A stretch of DNA of 64,000 nt from Octopus vulgaris. Lineage: Eukaryota. This document shows, one piece after another, positions 41,122 to 55,317 of the stretch; position 1 is the first letter of the stretch, and the number at the start of each line of letters is the position of its first letter. The position numbers and the translations under genes were made by a program. The DNA is taken from assembly GCA_951406725.2 (NCBI GenBank), contig OX597819.1:71052001-71116000 (forward strand), given 5' to 3'. The notes under the pieces are model-generated. The model saw nothing but the letters and a program-made list of their open reading frames with translations. It did no database searches and was not told the DNA's origin.

Positions 41122-41481
41122 TCTATAAATAGAATAGAAATATTACTTTCTGTTTCCGAATTTCTCAGTGATTTGTTTTTTTTTGTTTTTTTTTTTTTCA
41201 ACACAGAAAGTAAAAAAATTATTGGAAGAGGGAAAAGAGTAAAGAAAGAAAATGCGAAAGAAAGGCTGACAGAAGATGTGTGTGTGTGTGTGAGAGAGAG
41301 AGAGGGGGGGAGAGAAAGAAAGAGTGAAGGAGAGAAAGAAAGAGAGTAGTCACTGAAGGACTATATAGACAGTGAGCTAAGAGAGACCGTTTGTTATGCA
41401 CAAGTGTAACTTCACGGCTGGTTGTTTTCTCCGTGCGTGTAGAGTTTTACCTAAGCGATCTAAAGCTTTCTAACTTTACGC

Positions 41482-41491
41482 GGGAATTTCC
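41482..41491. promoter_or_regulatory. NF-kB (Rel) consensus site GGGAATTTCC
   Basis: Exact match to GGGRNWYYCC about 470 nt upstream of the TATA box. Confidence 0.45.
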
Positions 41492-41609
41492 TCATACTCA
41501 CTGACTGTCCAACGCGTTTACGTTTTACTTTATAAACTTCCCATTTTGTGTAAATTTCCATACTTGCGATATTTCATATCGTATATTTGTAAGAATATCT
41601 CCTGCAGTA

Positions 41610-41915
41610 GCGAAGGCGCGTGGCTTAGTGGTTAGGGGATTTCGGCTCACGATCGTAAGGTCGTGAGCTCGATTTCTGGCGGTGTGTTGTGTCCTTGAGC
41701 AAGACACTTTATTTCACGTTGCTCCAGTCCACTCAGTTGCCAAAAATGAGTTGTCCCTCTAATTACAAAGGGCCAGCCATGTCACATTGTATGTCATGCT
41801 AAATCACGGCGAGAACTACATTAAGGGTGCACGTGTCTGTGAAATGCACAACCACTTGCACGTTAATTTCACGAGCATGCTCTTCCGTTGATTGTCGTCG
41901 TAACCGACGGAAGAC
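41610..41915 (+). mobile_element. tRNA-derived SINE, third family
   Basis: gcgaaggcgcgtggcttagtggttagggg...gtgtccttgagcaagacact. Confidence 0.85.
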
Positions 41916-43332
41916 CAGTTATCGCCAACAATGAATATTCTACAATCTTCGATTCGGCTCATTCAAAAATATATTTCAAGAAAGTTTTAGCGCCTCTTCT
42001 TTGTTTTCCTTTTTAATACACAAGCAATCACAACTAAGCTGTCATCTCCTTAAAGCTTGGTGCATTCCGTTCAGTTATAAGGATAGAAATGATTTCGATC
42101 TAAAACACTTTAAACCCATAAAGCGCTGGGATTTGCACTTACATAGCATCGACTACTAAGCACATCTTATGAAAATGAGACTACTATACACACATAAAAA
42201 ACAAAAAAAAAAAAAATAGTTAAAATATCGTCTTAGTATACAATGATGGCAAATTTTACATCTGAAAAGTCATTAGTTGAACAATTAGTCCTCTTGCATT
42301 CCAGGGGGTTTCGGACCGTTTGAGTGATATTAGACCCCAACAAATGCCCATAAATTAAATGCATCTATCTAGGCCACAATCGTGGCTTGTCGACCTGTGC
42401 CTGACGGCCACGATCGTGGCCCGTAGCACTTTACATATTAAATTGATCTGTTTAACTTCAATTTGTGGGGCGGGGTGGAGGTTTATAACGATTTCTAATT
42501 CTGACACAATGTCAGTAATTTTGAGGTGCGTAGCATGTAGATTACATCGACTCCAGAGCATGACTGGTACCTATTTCATCGATCCCGAAAGAATGAAAAG
42601 TGAAGTTAACCTCGGCAAGATTTTGAATTCTGGACGTAATAAATCAGAAGAAATGTCGATAAACATTTGACGCTCTATTCTGCCAGAGCATTATTTTTCT
42701 TTTTCTTTTTTTGTGATACTGAAGAATGTCTCTGTGGTAAAAGAGTACGCTTCAGGTTCAATCAGCACGGCACCTCGGACAAATGTCTTCTACTAAAGTA
42801 CCAGGTTCCGGGTGACGAAATGACCACGTTATTATTTTGTTAAACTGTCGTATGTCCAAATTTGGCCAAATGCGTTTTTTTCCAATATTTATTTTTGCTG
42901 GCAAAATTTTGGTCAAATTGTCATATCTCCACCTACTTCAGATGCCAAGATATCAAAAATTGCCAGTGTAATACAACGGTTTTGCTATGGAATGGTGGAA
43001 CTATTTTTCCGTTTTCTGAAAAAGCAACATTTTGAACTTACGACACTTTTGCATAACAGCAACCATTATCGTCGTCGTGGCACTCCGTCGGTTACGACGA
43101 CGTGGGTTTCAGTTGATCCGATTAATGGAACAGCCTGCTTGTGAAATTAACGTGCAAGTGGCTGAACACTCCACAGACATGAATACCTTTAACGTAGTTG
43201 TCGTGGAGATTCAGTGTGACACAGAATTTGACATGGTTGGCCCTTTGAAATGCAGGTCCAACAGAAACAGGAAGAAAGAATGAGAGAAACTTGTGGTGAA
43301 AGAGTACAGCAGGGTTCTCTCTATCTCTCTAA

Positions 43333-43443
<111 letters not shown>

Positions 43444-43490
43444 TATATATATACGTATATATATATGTATATATATGTATATATGTATAC

Positions 43491-43601
<111 letters not shown>

Positions 43602-44457
43602 TATTAAATTAGAGATAAAACCACTGTTAGGCAAATCAAACTGAGAAAATCATAAGCCAATACATAGAAATAATTAATTAGAAAAAATATTAAAAAAATA
43701 TAAAATTCCAAATTAAAATATTAAAATTTTATGAGGTTTGTATTAGTTTATTTTAGTTATTTAGGTTCTGTTTTTATTTATAGTTAGATTATATTTAGTT
43801 GTTTATTTTATTACTAGATATTTAATGGTTTATTGAATATAGAGTTTGGAAAGTTACAATTTCGTAAGTATAGGATAATTTTTTATAATGATAACTTATT
43901 CTATTATTGAATAATGCATTTGATCTATCGTTATATTAATTTACCTATTTAATTAGATTAATTTATTATTAATTAGTATCTATTTAAGTATTAATAATAT
44001 GATATATTTATCTTATAATAAAGTTAAGTTTATATATTTTGTTATATTTCTGTTATAATTTTGTTAAATTATAATTATAATTTTGTTGAATTAATATATA
44101 TGTATGTAATCTCTTTTATTTGAAATAGATTTATTTGGATGTTTATTTAATCTATTTTATTTAATATAGAAGTATAGATTAGTAAGATTGAGTATATAGA
44201 TTAAACTTAATGTTTACCTCTATGTTTGTATTGAAGTATGAATATAGACATTTATATACGTATTTATTTATATGATATATGTGTTTGTGTGTGTATGTAT
44301 GTATATATGTGTATATGTTTATGTACGTGTATATATATGTATATGTATATACATTTATTTATGTGTGTGTGTGTGGGTGTGTGTATATATGTGTATGTGT
44401 ATGTATTGCGTATTGTATGTATGTGCATGTATGTATGTGTATGTGTGTATGTATGTA

Positions 44458-44510
<53 letters not shown>

Positions 44511-46096
44511 ATTTATATATATATGTATACGCATGTATAGTTATACCTCAAATTTTGATAACTATTTTAGAGATCTTGGTTATGATCACTAGTTTTAAGC
44601 TTATAATTATAAGAGTAATTGGGTAAGAATTTATAGTACTATAAAATTTTTTTTATATATTTATTAATCATATAAGATTTTTATATATTTATTAATCATA
44701 TAAGATTTTTAAAGTATATATAATAATTAGTGGTTATAAATTATTTAATTTATTCTGTATTAAGTATTATTTATCATAGTTATTTTATTAATAAATCTTA
44801 CAGTGTAGAGCGATTCTATTCTTTATTTGTGACTTCATTCTATTTACATTTATTGATAAACCATAACTGTTCCCATTCACAATCTTCATTGATAAAGCGT
44901 ATTTGTTCCTCATGCTTAATGAATTCTTCAACAATTTATTCGTTTTTTGCTAATAATGTAATTCCACGAGTATTCTTATAAACGCTGTAAAGAGGTTTTC
45001 CGATTCAAGTATTTAGTTCATTACAAAACCTCGCTAAGCTAAGTATATATTTATATTTAAGATCTTTAGATTTTAATATTTTATAAGTCTTATGGTTTAA
45101 TAATATTGTTTTTTTATGTAAATATCGTTGTTTATGTAATGATCTAATTATCGTAATTTTCTATATAATTATTAGATATTAACTTTAAGTTTATTCGTAA
45201 GAATTTACTTAGCGATAGATATGTTGTTAGCAAGTATACGAGTTGTTTAAGTTAGGTTTATGTATATACATGTATTAATAGCATTAATTGTAGTTTTAAA
45301 TTTCTTATAAATATTATTTTAACTTATATATTGTCTTTTTAAATTGATATTTGCTAGTTTTATTATTCCCATTGATAAATATATTTATAGTATTTATTTG
45401 ATACTATATAACTACGAATTGATTATTTCTTTGAGTATTTTAAATATAAGATTTCTGAAAGTTATTATTTAGCCAACGAGATATAAAGATAATTAATTTT
45501 CTATAGCGTTCGTTTAAGATTGTTTGTTTGTATTTTTGAAATTAGCTATTTCATCTTTAAATATAAAAAATTAATTTATTAGGTCTTTATTATATGTGCA
45601 TATATATTTATTTATAGAGATTATTTTAGATCTTAATTATAATATTTATATACTTTTATATATTTTCATTGATAATTTATATATTATTTAAATTTTATAT
45701 TTTTAATAATATTATAGTTTTTTTTTTGTAAAATATTTATGTAATTAGATATTGACTATTACTGATATTAGATTATTGGTAGGCTTCTTACCTTAAAAAT
45801 TAATACTTAAAAATTAAAATTAATATTTAACATTATAATCGATGTTTTGATACAATCATAATCGTTAAGTTTCTAGTTTGATTATAGAGTTTTTTATCAG
45901 TAAAATTATTATATTATTTCATAACATAAGGGGGATCAGCCATCTAAATGTGGCTAGGGTCAGGGCGGGGTGGTGGGGGTGTTACTGATGCATTTAGCCC
46001 CAGGCGAACATCAACGTCACCAGAAGGGCTGACACCATCTCGGTGTCCTTGCCAGCCTGCAAAGGGAGATCAGCCTCCCCGAAGATACGGATACTA

Positions 46097-46139
46097 CACA
46101 CGGACCGGTTTCGAGGTTATTGCCTCTTGTCAACGTATG
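46097..46139 (-). ncRNA. Minimal type I hammerhead, U3-A8 variant
   Basis: catacg-TTGACAA-gagg caataa cctc-GAAAC-cg-GTC-cgtgtg. Confidence 0.8.
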
Positions 46140-46469
46140 GTAAGCACCGTTCTTCGTTGAGGGACTTCCCCTACAGGCTGGATATATAGGGATTTTCACA
46201 GTAACCACAGTCACTGGCGTAGAAAATCCGTTCGAAAACAATAATAAATCTCTGAGCGAGATATAAACAGTAACTGCTCTATAACATGACCCTAGCCACA
46301 TTCAGATGGCTGATCCCCCTTATGTTATAGAGCAGTTACTGTTTATATCTCGCTCAGAGATTTATTATTGTTTTCGAACGGATTTTCTACGCCAGTGACT
46401 GTGGTTACTGTGAAAATCCCTATATATCCAGCCTGTAGGGGAAGTCCCTCAACGAAGAGCGGTGCTTAC

Positions 46470-46512
46470 CATACGTTGACAAGAGGCAATAATCTCGAAA
46501 CCGGTCCGTGTG
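46470..46512 (+). ncRNA. Minimal type I hammerhead, U3-A8 variant
   Basis: catacg-TTGACAA-gagg caataa tctc-GAAAC-cg-GTC-cgtgtg. Confidence 0.8.
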
Positions 46513-46798
46513 TAGTATCCGTATCTTCGGGGAGGCTGATCTCCCTTTGCAGGCTGGCAAGGACACCGAGATGGTGTCAGCCCTTCTGGTGACGTTGATG
46601 TTCGCCTGGGGCTAAATACATCAGTAACACCCCCACCACCCCGCCCTGACCCTAGCCACATTCAGATGGCTGATCCCCCTTATGTTATAGAGCAGTTACT
46701 GTTTATATCTCGCTCAGAGATTTATTATTGTATTATATTATTTATTTCTTTAAAATATTGTTTAAATATTTCTGATTATTTATTAAAATATTACAATT

Positions 46799-46886
46799 AA
46801 CCTGAAGATTGACCATAATTCGAATTATTAATTGAATTTAAATTATCGTTATTCGAATTGGTTACGGGCATGAAACGATCGTAGTT
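46799..46886 (+). ncRNA. Type I hammerhead ribozyme family C (long stem II)
   Basis: aac-CTGAAGA-ttg...cat-GAAAC-gatc-GTA-gtt; stem I covaries with the 8205 copy (cac/gtg versus aac/gtt). Confidence 0.7.
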
Positions 46887-46984
46887 TTTTTACTCTTTAT
46901 CTTATATTAAACTTTTAATACTTTTTGATAGTTATATAATTTAAATAAAAAAAAGATATGAAAAAAAAATTAATAAATAAATAA

Positions 46985-47057
<73 letters not shown>

Positions 47058-47340
47058 ATATTATATTTAAAATTTATAAGTTTAAATTATTTAGATAATT
47101 TTAAAATTTTTACTTTAATTTAAATATTTTAATTTGGAATTTTATATTTTTTTATTTCATATTTTATATTTTTTAAAATTAATTATTTCTATGTATTGGC
47201 TTATGATTTTCACTGTTTGATTTGCCTAATAGTGGTTTTATCTCTAATTTAATATAACATATATTTATGCTATAAAATTAGATTTAATCCTAAATCTAAT
47301 TTTTCCCTGTAAGTTTGGATTTACTCCCTAATATTATTAT

Positions 47341-47403
<63 letters not shown>

Positions 47404-47520
47404 ATATATATATATGACCCGTCTTTTTTTGCCTGTCCTTCTACTTATTGTTTCTCCTGTTCACCTTTGTATCGTCTATCTTTGCGAATGTTTTATTGTG
47501 GTCTATTGCGTTTTTATTCC

Positions 47521-47621
<101 letters not shown>

Positions 47622-47650
47622 TGAGAGAGGGAGAGATGTATACACACACA

Positions 47651-47940
47651 CAGGGTGTGTAAGGTATCTGAGGACATACCTTTTTTTGGGTCATTGCTGC
47701 ATGTTTTGCTAACTCTATATAATCTTTGTTTCAGAAAATGATAATGGCAGACCCTCAGCTTAGTCAAGAAACGAAGAGGAATGCTGTTAATGTGGCTACA
47801 AAGGTTGAGCAGAGCGGTTTAGAAATATGTCGATTTTTAAAAGTCACCAGATCTTTCGTCTTGAAAGTTCGTAAGGCCTTAGAGACCGAAGATGGAAATG
47901 TATCACCAGTATCAAAGCGTAAAAAGTATACCAAACACTC
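47651..47940 (+). mobile_element. 5' fragment of a Tc1/mariner-superfamily transposon
   Basis: Starts cagggtg; ORF MADPQLSQETKRNAV...EICRFLKVTRSFVLKVRK resembles an N-terminal helix-turn-helix. Confidence 0.5.
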
Positions 47941-49309
47941 ATCATCATCATCATCATCATCATCATCTATGTGCGTGTGTGGTTTTGTATCCCATCATCA
48001 CTTGGTTTGTTTGTTTACTTCCCCGTAACGTAACAGTTCGACAAAAGACACCGATAAAATAAATATTTAGTTTCATCTTTGATCTTTTACATGTTTCAGT
48101 CATTAGACTGCGGTCATGCTGGAGTAGCACCTTTAAGGATTTTAGTCGAACGAATCAACCCCAGTACTTGTGCTTCTGTCTTCTCCCTTGCCGAACCGTT
48201 AGCTCACGGGAACTTAAGCAAAACAACACCGGTTGTCAAGCAGTAGTACGGGACAGTACAAACAAAAAGATTAAAAAAAGTGGTGATGAGGTGTCAGGGT
48301 GGACTCTCAAGAGGCAAGGTAAGTGGAAGTGAGTGGCGACAGGAGAACAAGGCTGTGTGGTAAGAAGACTACAGATCTAATCCATCACTGGAACTGTAAA
48401 AATCTTTCAGTTTCCGTCTATCAAATTCACTCACAAGACTTTAGTCGGCCAGAGCCTATTGTAGCAGACACTTGAGCAAGTTACCATTCCGTGGGACTGA
48501 TCCAAGAACAATGTGGTTGAAAAGGAAATACTTACCACTCAGCTATGCTGAATGGGGGAAAAAAAACCAACAAACAAGTAAAGTATCAATACTATTTAAA
48601 AGAGAAAGTTGCTTATTGATCAATTTGGAGTAAGTTTTATATATATAAAAAAAACAATTATTAATTTCTTATAGATTCTAATTTTAATATTTTTTTCTCA
48701 AAATGTTGTTTTCAAATTTCTTTTATTTCTGAAGATTTTAACTCCACGATTCGATCAGAAAACTAATCTTTATTCACTGAGACAAAGTCATCTTACACTG
48801 CAAAACAGCTCTTTTTTTTTGCTTCTGTTGACACTCCTGTTTATACTTATCCTGGAAAAGTCTTTGCAACGCGACTTTTTGCAGGCATATCAGTAAAAAC
48901 GCTTCTTCAAATTATTAGATTAATCCAGTGCCAGACGAATCATGTTGAGTCTAGAATCCTTTCATATTTGTTGGATGTTAATGAAAATGATAATCTGAGA
49001 AGTTTTACGTGGCTAAGTTGACCTAATCCTTTCTACTATAGGCACGAGGCCAGAAATTTGGTGGGAGGGGCCAAGTCGATTACATCGATCCCATACACAA
49101 CTGGTACTTTATTTATCGACTCCGAAAGGATGAAAAGCAAAGTCGACCTCGGCGGAATTTGAACTCAGAACGTAGCGGCGGGCGAAATACTGCTAAGCAT
49201 TACGTCCAGCGAGCAAACGATTCTGTCAAATTCTAATGCTGTCGTTGAATCCACCCGTTGTTGGTTATCTTCAACTCCTGACGTATGACACCGTTGCACC
49301 ACTCCGACG

Positions 49310-49862
49310 ACAACCTTTCAACCCATGGGTCTGTTTTGTGTAGCTGTTGCTGGCGAGGGCTTTACAGAATAGAAGTTCAAACCCTTCGACTCATGTGTCT
49401 ATTTCGTGTAGTTGTTGTTGGCGAGGGCGTCACCAGGTCGGAGTGCAGATCCTTCAACCCACGGGTCTGTTTTATGTAGTTGTTGCTGGCGAGGCTTCAC
49501 CAGGTCGGACTTCAAACCTTCAACTTATGAGTCTGTTTTGTGTAGTTGTTGTTGCCGAGGGCTTCACCAGTTCCGAGTGCAAACCCTTCGACTCATGGGT
49601 CTGTTTTGTGTAGTTGTTGCTGGTGAGGACTTTACGAGGTAGGAGTGAAAACCCGCAACTCACGGGTCTGTTTAATGTAATTATTGCCGGCAAGGGTTTC
49701 ACCAGGTCGGAGTGCAAACCATTCGACTCATGGGTCTGTTTTATGTAGTTGTTTCTGACGAGCGCTTTATGAGGTCGGAGTGCAAACCCTTCAAGCCATG
49801 GGTCTGTTTTAAATAGTTGTTGCTGGTGAGGGCTTTACGAAGTCGGAGTGTAAACCATTACC
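49310..49862. repeat. Minisatellite, about 8 copies of a 67-68 bp unit
   Basis: catgggtctgttttgtgtag-like motif at 49324, 49392, 49460, 49526, 49594, 49661, 49729 and 49797. Confidence 0.9.
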
Positions 49863-50701
49863 TCAACGTCTTTTAGTCGCGTTTTACGTCACGCAAAAGA
49901 AACGTGGTTCTGTTCTTTGACATGATGGCCACCACAGTCATTGAGTGCTTGGTATTATAAATTTATTTGAGTGAGTGACTATTATCAGATGAATAAAGAA
50001 TACAAAGGAAAATTAGATGTATCACAGTATTAAAGTTACACAAATTGGAAATCAAGTGTGTAAATATTATTTAGTGACTAGCAGAAAACCGTTTTGGATG
50101 GCGGTCATTAGTTTAGAAATAAAATTGGCTTCTTTCGGGCCTTGTGTCTAGAGTAGAAAAGAATTCTATAATTTGTCTCATGTAATATGGAATCCGGCAG
50201 GTATTTAAAAAGATAGATTGTATTTACTCCAATATTTTATGTTTTATTTCATTAGTTTATCAAGTAAGAAGCATGTATAAAACATATTTCCATAATTTTT
50301 AGTAATCCCTAAATTCCAAAAGCTATAAGGTGTCATTTATCTTTTATCTTTTATTATCTTTCAGCTATTGGACTCTGGCCATGCTGGGGCACCGCGATGG
50401 CTGTTTTCTTTTTTTGTCGAACAAATTGATTGCAGTACTTATATTTTCTTTTAGTTTGATTTTAACTCGAGAGGTCTCTCTTATCGAACGTTAAGTAAGG
50501 GGATGTAAACAAACCGACATCGGTTGTCAAGCGATGGGCGGGATTATAAGCAAAGACACAGTGACACACACACAGACATGTATGGATTTTATATAGTATA
50601 CAAAGTGTATATTTAAGACATTAAAAATAAGAACGGAGAATTTTACATCCTCAAAAGCTTGTTTATTACAGTATTATACACAAATTATTCACTTTATAAT
50701 T

Positions 50702-50794
50702 ACGTCCAACACCTATTTCTATGGCATAGATATCCTAGGATGTGGCATTGTGTTGCATCCTGTTTGTTCAATTGCATCATAACTTCAGTCACGC
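50702..50794 (-). ncRNA. Degenerate hammerhead downstream of the Penelope-like ORF
   Basis: gcgtga-CTGAAGT-tatg...cata-GAAAT-aggt-GTT-ggacgt; A9 and stem I are damaged. Confidence 0.35.
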
Positions 50795-51559
50795 TTATAC
50801 GTATCAGTGCATGTTCATTCTAAGTGTTAGCACTAAGGGCATTTGAAGCTAATCGAAGATTTCGGTGTTTGATATTTTTATTTTAGGTATAATTTAGGTG
50901 GGGGTATGTGTGTGTTTAGTGTAGAAGATAGTGGAAATTGTTGTGGAATACGGTGTGTCAATAAGGTCTGTTGTCTTTTAAGCCTAGAATGACCCAAAGG
51001 TTTTAAATATCATAGCAATAGACTTAGTATTCAGAGAAGTGTTAACTAGGTAAAGAAATGTTTTTCCCACAGACTACATATGGTACAGATAGAAAGAATT
51101 TTCAGGAGAAATGGATAAAGAGTAATTTAGAGAGTTAGAGCTGTAGGAAATATAAGGAATTGAACAAAAGAGGGTTGGAATAAACATTTAGATTGATAAA
51201 ATCTAACTATGGTAAGTCTACAATTATAATCGAAGCAATTTTTTCGTATATTGTTATGCGAGTGATGTCATATTAAAAGTTTTTGTATTGGAAATATTTA
51301 AAGACAAAAGAAAAAAAAGGATTAGTAGAAGGGGAAGCCCTCACAAGACGAAGATCTGCTTCGCCCACAGACCATAAAGATAGAAAGAATTTTATGGGTA
51401 AATACGAGAAATTAAGAGTGATGAGAATTGAAGATGAAAAGTAACAAAATAAAGGTAAGAAAATCAAAAATGTGTGAGGTTTGCCGTCAGATTATTAAAA
51501 GTTAACCATAATAAAACTACGAATTTTGTCCAGGTAAATTATTAGTGTACTTCACGTAA

Positions 51560-53230
51560 GTAATATCTTACTGAAATTTCTTATTTGTCTTACGCTTCCT
51601 TACACTTCCCTGTAAGAATGGAAGCATTTCGGGACCACATCAGGTCTATTATTCAATAACTTGTATCTAGAATTGAAAATATTGAAAATTTCCTCTAAGA
51701 GTAAAATACATTGAGAGCTCCCAATTTTTTAAGGTAAATACCCTACCAATTATTTCCCATTTAATATCAGATTTTGTGTTCTTAATTTTTTAAAGACCAG
51801 ATAAGGTCACTCAGGCGTGTACTATAGAGCCTATCTTAATTCTTGAAAGAAAATAAGTGGTTACTAAGTCTGTTCTTAAAGCTAGTAGAACATGACCCAA
51901 TGTAATAATGAAAAATTCCATCTGATGTAACAATACACCTGCAAATTGTGTTTTGGCTCAAACATTGTCCATCAAGTGGACACCTTTTGTTCTGATAGCT
52001 ACAAAGATATTTGATGAGATTAACCCCATGCCTGCTACTAGCAGGAGAATTAGGCATCTCGTCTATAATGTTACTTATTACCCCACAACTATGTTAATAG
52101 GTTGGTTCTACACTAGACTCTGTGTATTACTCAATTCTATTTTCACTACAGTTAATTTTAATGAATTTGGTATGGTACCAGATTATCTCCCTTGCTCTAT
52201 CTATCGCAGGCTCATTATCGCTTTCGCTCGCATTATTAACCTGTCAGGCGTTTATAATCCGCTACATGTGAATCGTTGCTATTATCACCTGTCGTACAAT
52301 TACTCATAATATTAGATTTTTATTATCTGCTTTTACTATGTTCTTATCTTCGAATTCTCTTGTCCTTGTAATACTGTGTGCCGCAACGATTTGAGCAAGG
52401 TTATTGCAAGTGGAATATGCAAACTCATTTGTGTGATAATAAAAAAATTGGCTATACTTAAATGGTGAAAAGTGCTTATCCAATGCGACGAAAACTTTAT
52501 ATTTCTTACTAGCTACTTTGTGAAGCCTGCATTATGCCATAGCAAAAGTCGCGATTTATTTTTTCTTTCGTGTGGGTAATTATTATTTTTGGTAGCTGTC
52601 TTATTTTTCTGTGAATTATGTTTTGCTAAGAGGTTTACCAGGACATTTGCCACTGTGTTTGCTTATACTTGCATCTTTACTTCTTATGCCACTATTCTTA
52701 TAATATTAATTCTTGGAATGGTGAGATGAAGTCACAATAACCTTGTCATGATTCTTCATTTCACATTTAATATATTATTATAGGTGGTGAACTGACAGAA
52801 ACGTTAGCGGTATTTCGTCTGTCTTTACGTTCTGAATTCAAATTCCGCCGAGGTCGACTTTGCTTTCATCCTTTCGGGGTCGATAAATTAAGTACCAGTT
52901 GCGTACTGAGGTCGATCTAATCGACTGACACCCCTCCCCCCAAATTTCAGGCCTTGTGCCTGAGTAGAAAAGAATGTTTATATTATCAATAACTATTTGA
53001 TTCGAAGCATAGAGTGTACTGACATGCGCCTTTATCCCATTTTTAGTGATATATATTAACTTACCTTTGTGCCCAGAGTCGGCAAGGGCATTTTTGTAGC
53101 ATGTTTCCTTATGTCTAAAAATCTCTTCTTTTGCTAACACTCTAAAAATAAACTTTGCTAAATAAAGACGTGAAATCGAACTAGTGTGTGTGTTTATTAT
53201 TGGCAGACTGACCCTTCCAAGATAAAACAA
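51560..53230 (-). mobile_element. Decayed Penelope-like element (RT thumb, linker, GIY-YIG endonuclease) interrupted by a SINE at 52782-52975
   Basis: EEIF...YKNALADSGHKGKLIY; ALDKHF; AYSTCNNLAQIVAAH; CPLDGQCL...YYIGSCSTSFKNRLSNH; TRLSDLIWSLK...IKWEII. Confidence 0.85.
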
Positions 53231-54285
53231 TATTTGTTCCATCACACGAGTTCACTTCAAGAATTACACATAAAAAATTAAACAAAAAAAAAAAAAGAAA
53301 TTGATTCCATTTGTAGAAAATAAAATAAATATGGGATGGGTTCTATTACAAATATCTTCAGAAATACCTGACTGCCACGAAAGAATTTGTGTGGTGTTGA
53401 TGGACCATCACTGATCGACGATAAGGATTCAGATGATTGATAATCTAAATTATCTGACACTGATTTTGAATTACAAATATTTTTTGTTGCTTCTTTTCCA
53501 CCAATGGACCACGCCTGTGTTACTTCGCCATCATCATTCCATAAAATGTGTTGACTGGGACGAAAATATTGATAAAAACATCAATACATGTGAGAGTGTA
53601 TACGAGGACGGTGGTCGTCGGATGTGCTAGAAACAACAGCCAAATTTTCTTTGAATCGTACACCTTTTTGTCTGAAATATTTACATTTTTTTTTCTTTTT
53701 ACCGAAACATCCCCACCTACGGTTTTTAAGTGCCACAAAATTGGCCAAAATCGGTCCGACGTAGGATGGTGAGGAGTGAAAAGAAAGATCAAAAATTTTC
53801 AGAACATTTTTTCATAAAAAGATGACCCCCGCCCACATCATTTTGAGGCTGCGGTGGAAAAAAATTGGAAAAGCTCCATGAAAACGGAAAAATTCCTACT
53901 TATGTAGTCTTCTTCATTCGAATCCCCGTTTTTCTGACAATCCTCTCTCCAAACCCTAAGAAAAAACTTTCCCCACAAATTTCTTTATAATCATAATCTA
54001 TGCAGTTTGAAAGGTATTTGTAAAATGTTTCATTAAAAATACCCATTTTCTTGAAAGTTATGAGGGAAAAACGTCGGGTCGTGTGAATTTTCCGAAACTC
54101 GCCTCGTCACCCACTCGGAAAAGTTCTCTGCCACAAAACTCTATATACTCTGAATCTACAGCACCTTCGCGCGCGATTTGTTGAAAATTTCGTTCAAAGA
54201 ATCCATTTTTCTGGAATTTATGAGGCAACAAAATCTGTGGGGCACATATCTGTAGTTATGCCTCTCTCACCTCACTTTCTCTAAC

Positions 54286-54345
<60 letters not shown>

Positions 54346-55204
54346 ATGGTATCATTGAGACCCAAAGGTGTCAGGAAATGCTGAATAAGTGCTATAGACA
54401 TACCACAGTTAAGTTCCAGATTCGGTAATATTGCGAATAAAGGGTTCAACGTTGGTTCTATGTCAGCGTGTGTATATAAGAATTTTTTGCGTAATAAGAT
54501 AAAAAACCAAGGCAGTATAGATATTAGAGCATTGATAGATAGAAGGTCTTACAACTGTTTCTAGGATATCAATTGATAGTATCCCTTCAAGGAGACGGTG
54601 TGAGAGTAAAAGATAAGTCATAGTTAGTTTCGATGTGATACAAAATAGAGAGTGAGGTGGAGGAAAGAAGATAGATGTACGATATGTATGGGTTCAATAC
54701 CCATACATATCGTACATCTGCTTTCATGGGGATTTTCCCCTTGTTTTTTTCCTGGGGTTTTTCCCATTGTTTTTTTTTCACTACAGCCTCAAAATGACGT
54801 GGGATAGGGATGTTTTTATGAAAAAATGTTTTGGTAATTTTTTTTATCTATCTCTTTACACCTCACCATCCCACGTCGGACCGATTTTTGCCAATGTTTT
54901 GGCACTTAAAACTTTAACCGTATCGGTTAAAAAATATTAAAAAATGTAAATATTTCAGAGACAAAGGTGTGCGATACATGGAAGATTTGGCTGTTGTTTC
55001 CAGCACATCGGAGGATCACCCTCCTCATAATCACTCTCATATATATTGATGTTTTTTTTTACAATATTTTCTTCTTCTTCTTCTACTTATTATTATTATA
55101 TTAATTTCCGAATTTGCAAAAAGAAAAAAAAATGTAAATATTTTCTGAGGAAAAAGTGTCTGATTTATGGGAGATTTGGTTGTTGTTTCGAGCACATCCT
55201 AAGA

Positions 55205-55245
<41 letters not shown>

Positions 55246-55275
55246 ACAGACACACACACACACACACACACAGAG

Positions 55276-55317
<42 letters not shown>

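Larger units (their letters stand above)
45920..46730. mobile_element. Retrozyme-like family B element: one unit, then about 1.2 inverted units (360-bp period)
   Basis: tgaccctagccacattcagatgg at 46287 and 46647; 45920-46286 is its reverse complement. Confidence 0.88.
43608..47340 (+). mobile_element. Long, very AT-rich family C element with inverted termini and a nested family B insertion
   Basis: 43608-43730 is inverted relative to 47110-47250; termini match 7992-8475 and 30480-30718. Confidence 0.7.

Noticed and set aside
41610-41690. tRNA gene candidates
   Set aside because: These are tRNA-derived SINE heads that continue into SINE bodies and lack a full cloverleaf.
44730-44981. Possible RT remnant inside the long family C element
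   Set aside because: No diagnostic motif is recognisable by eye.
49310-49862. Regular repeat array resembling CRISPR
   Set aside because: The whole 67-68 bp unit repeats with no unique spacers, there are no cas genes and the context is eukaryotic.
54546-54596. Hammerhead-like fold on the minus strand (gtct...ggata/tatcc-ta-GAAAC-agtt-GTA-agac)
   Set aside because: Stems are plausible but the left core reads CCTTGAAG; too degenerate to call.
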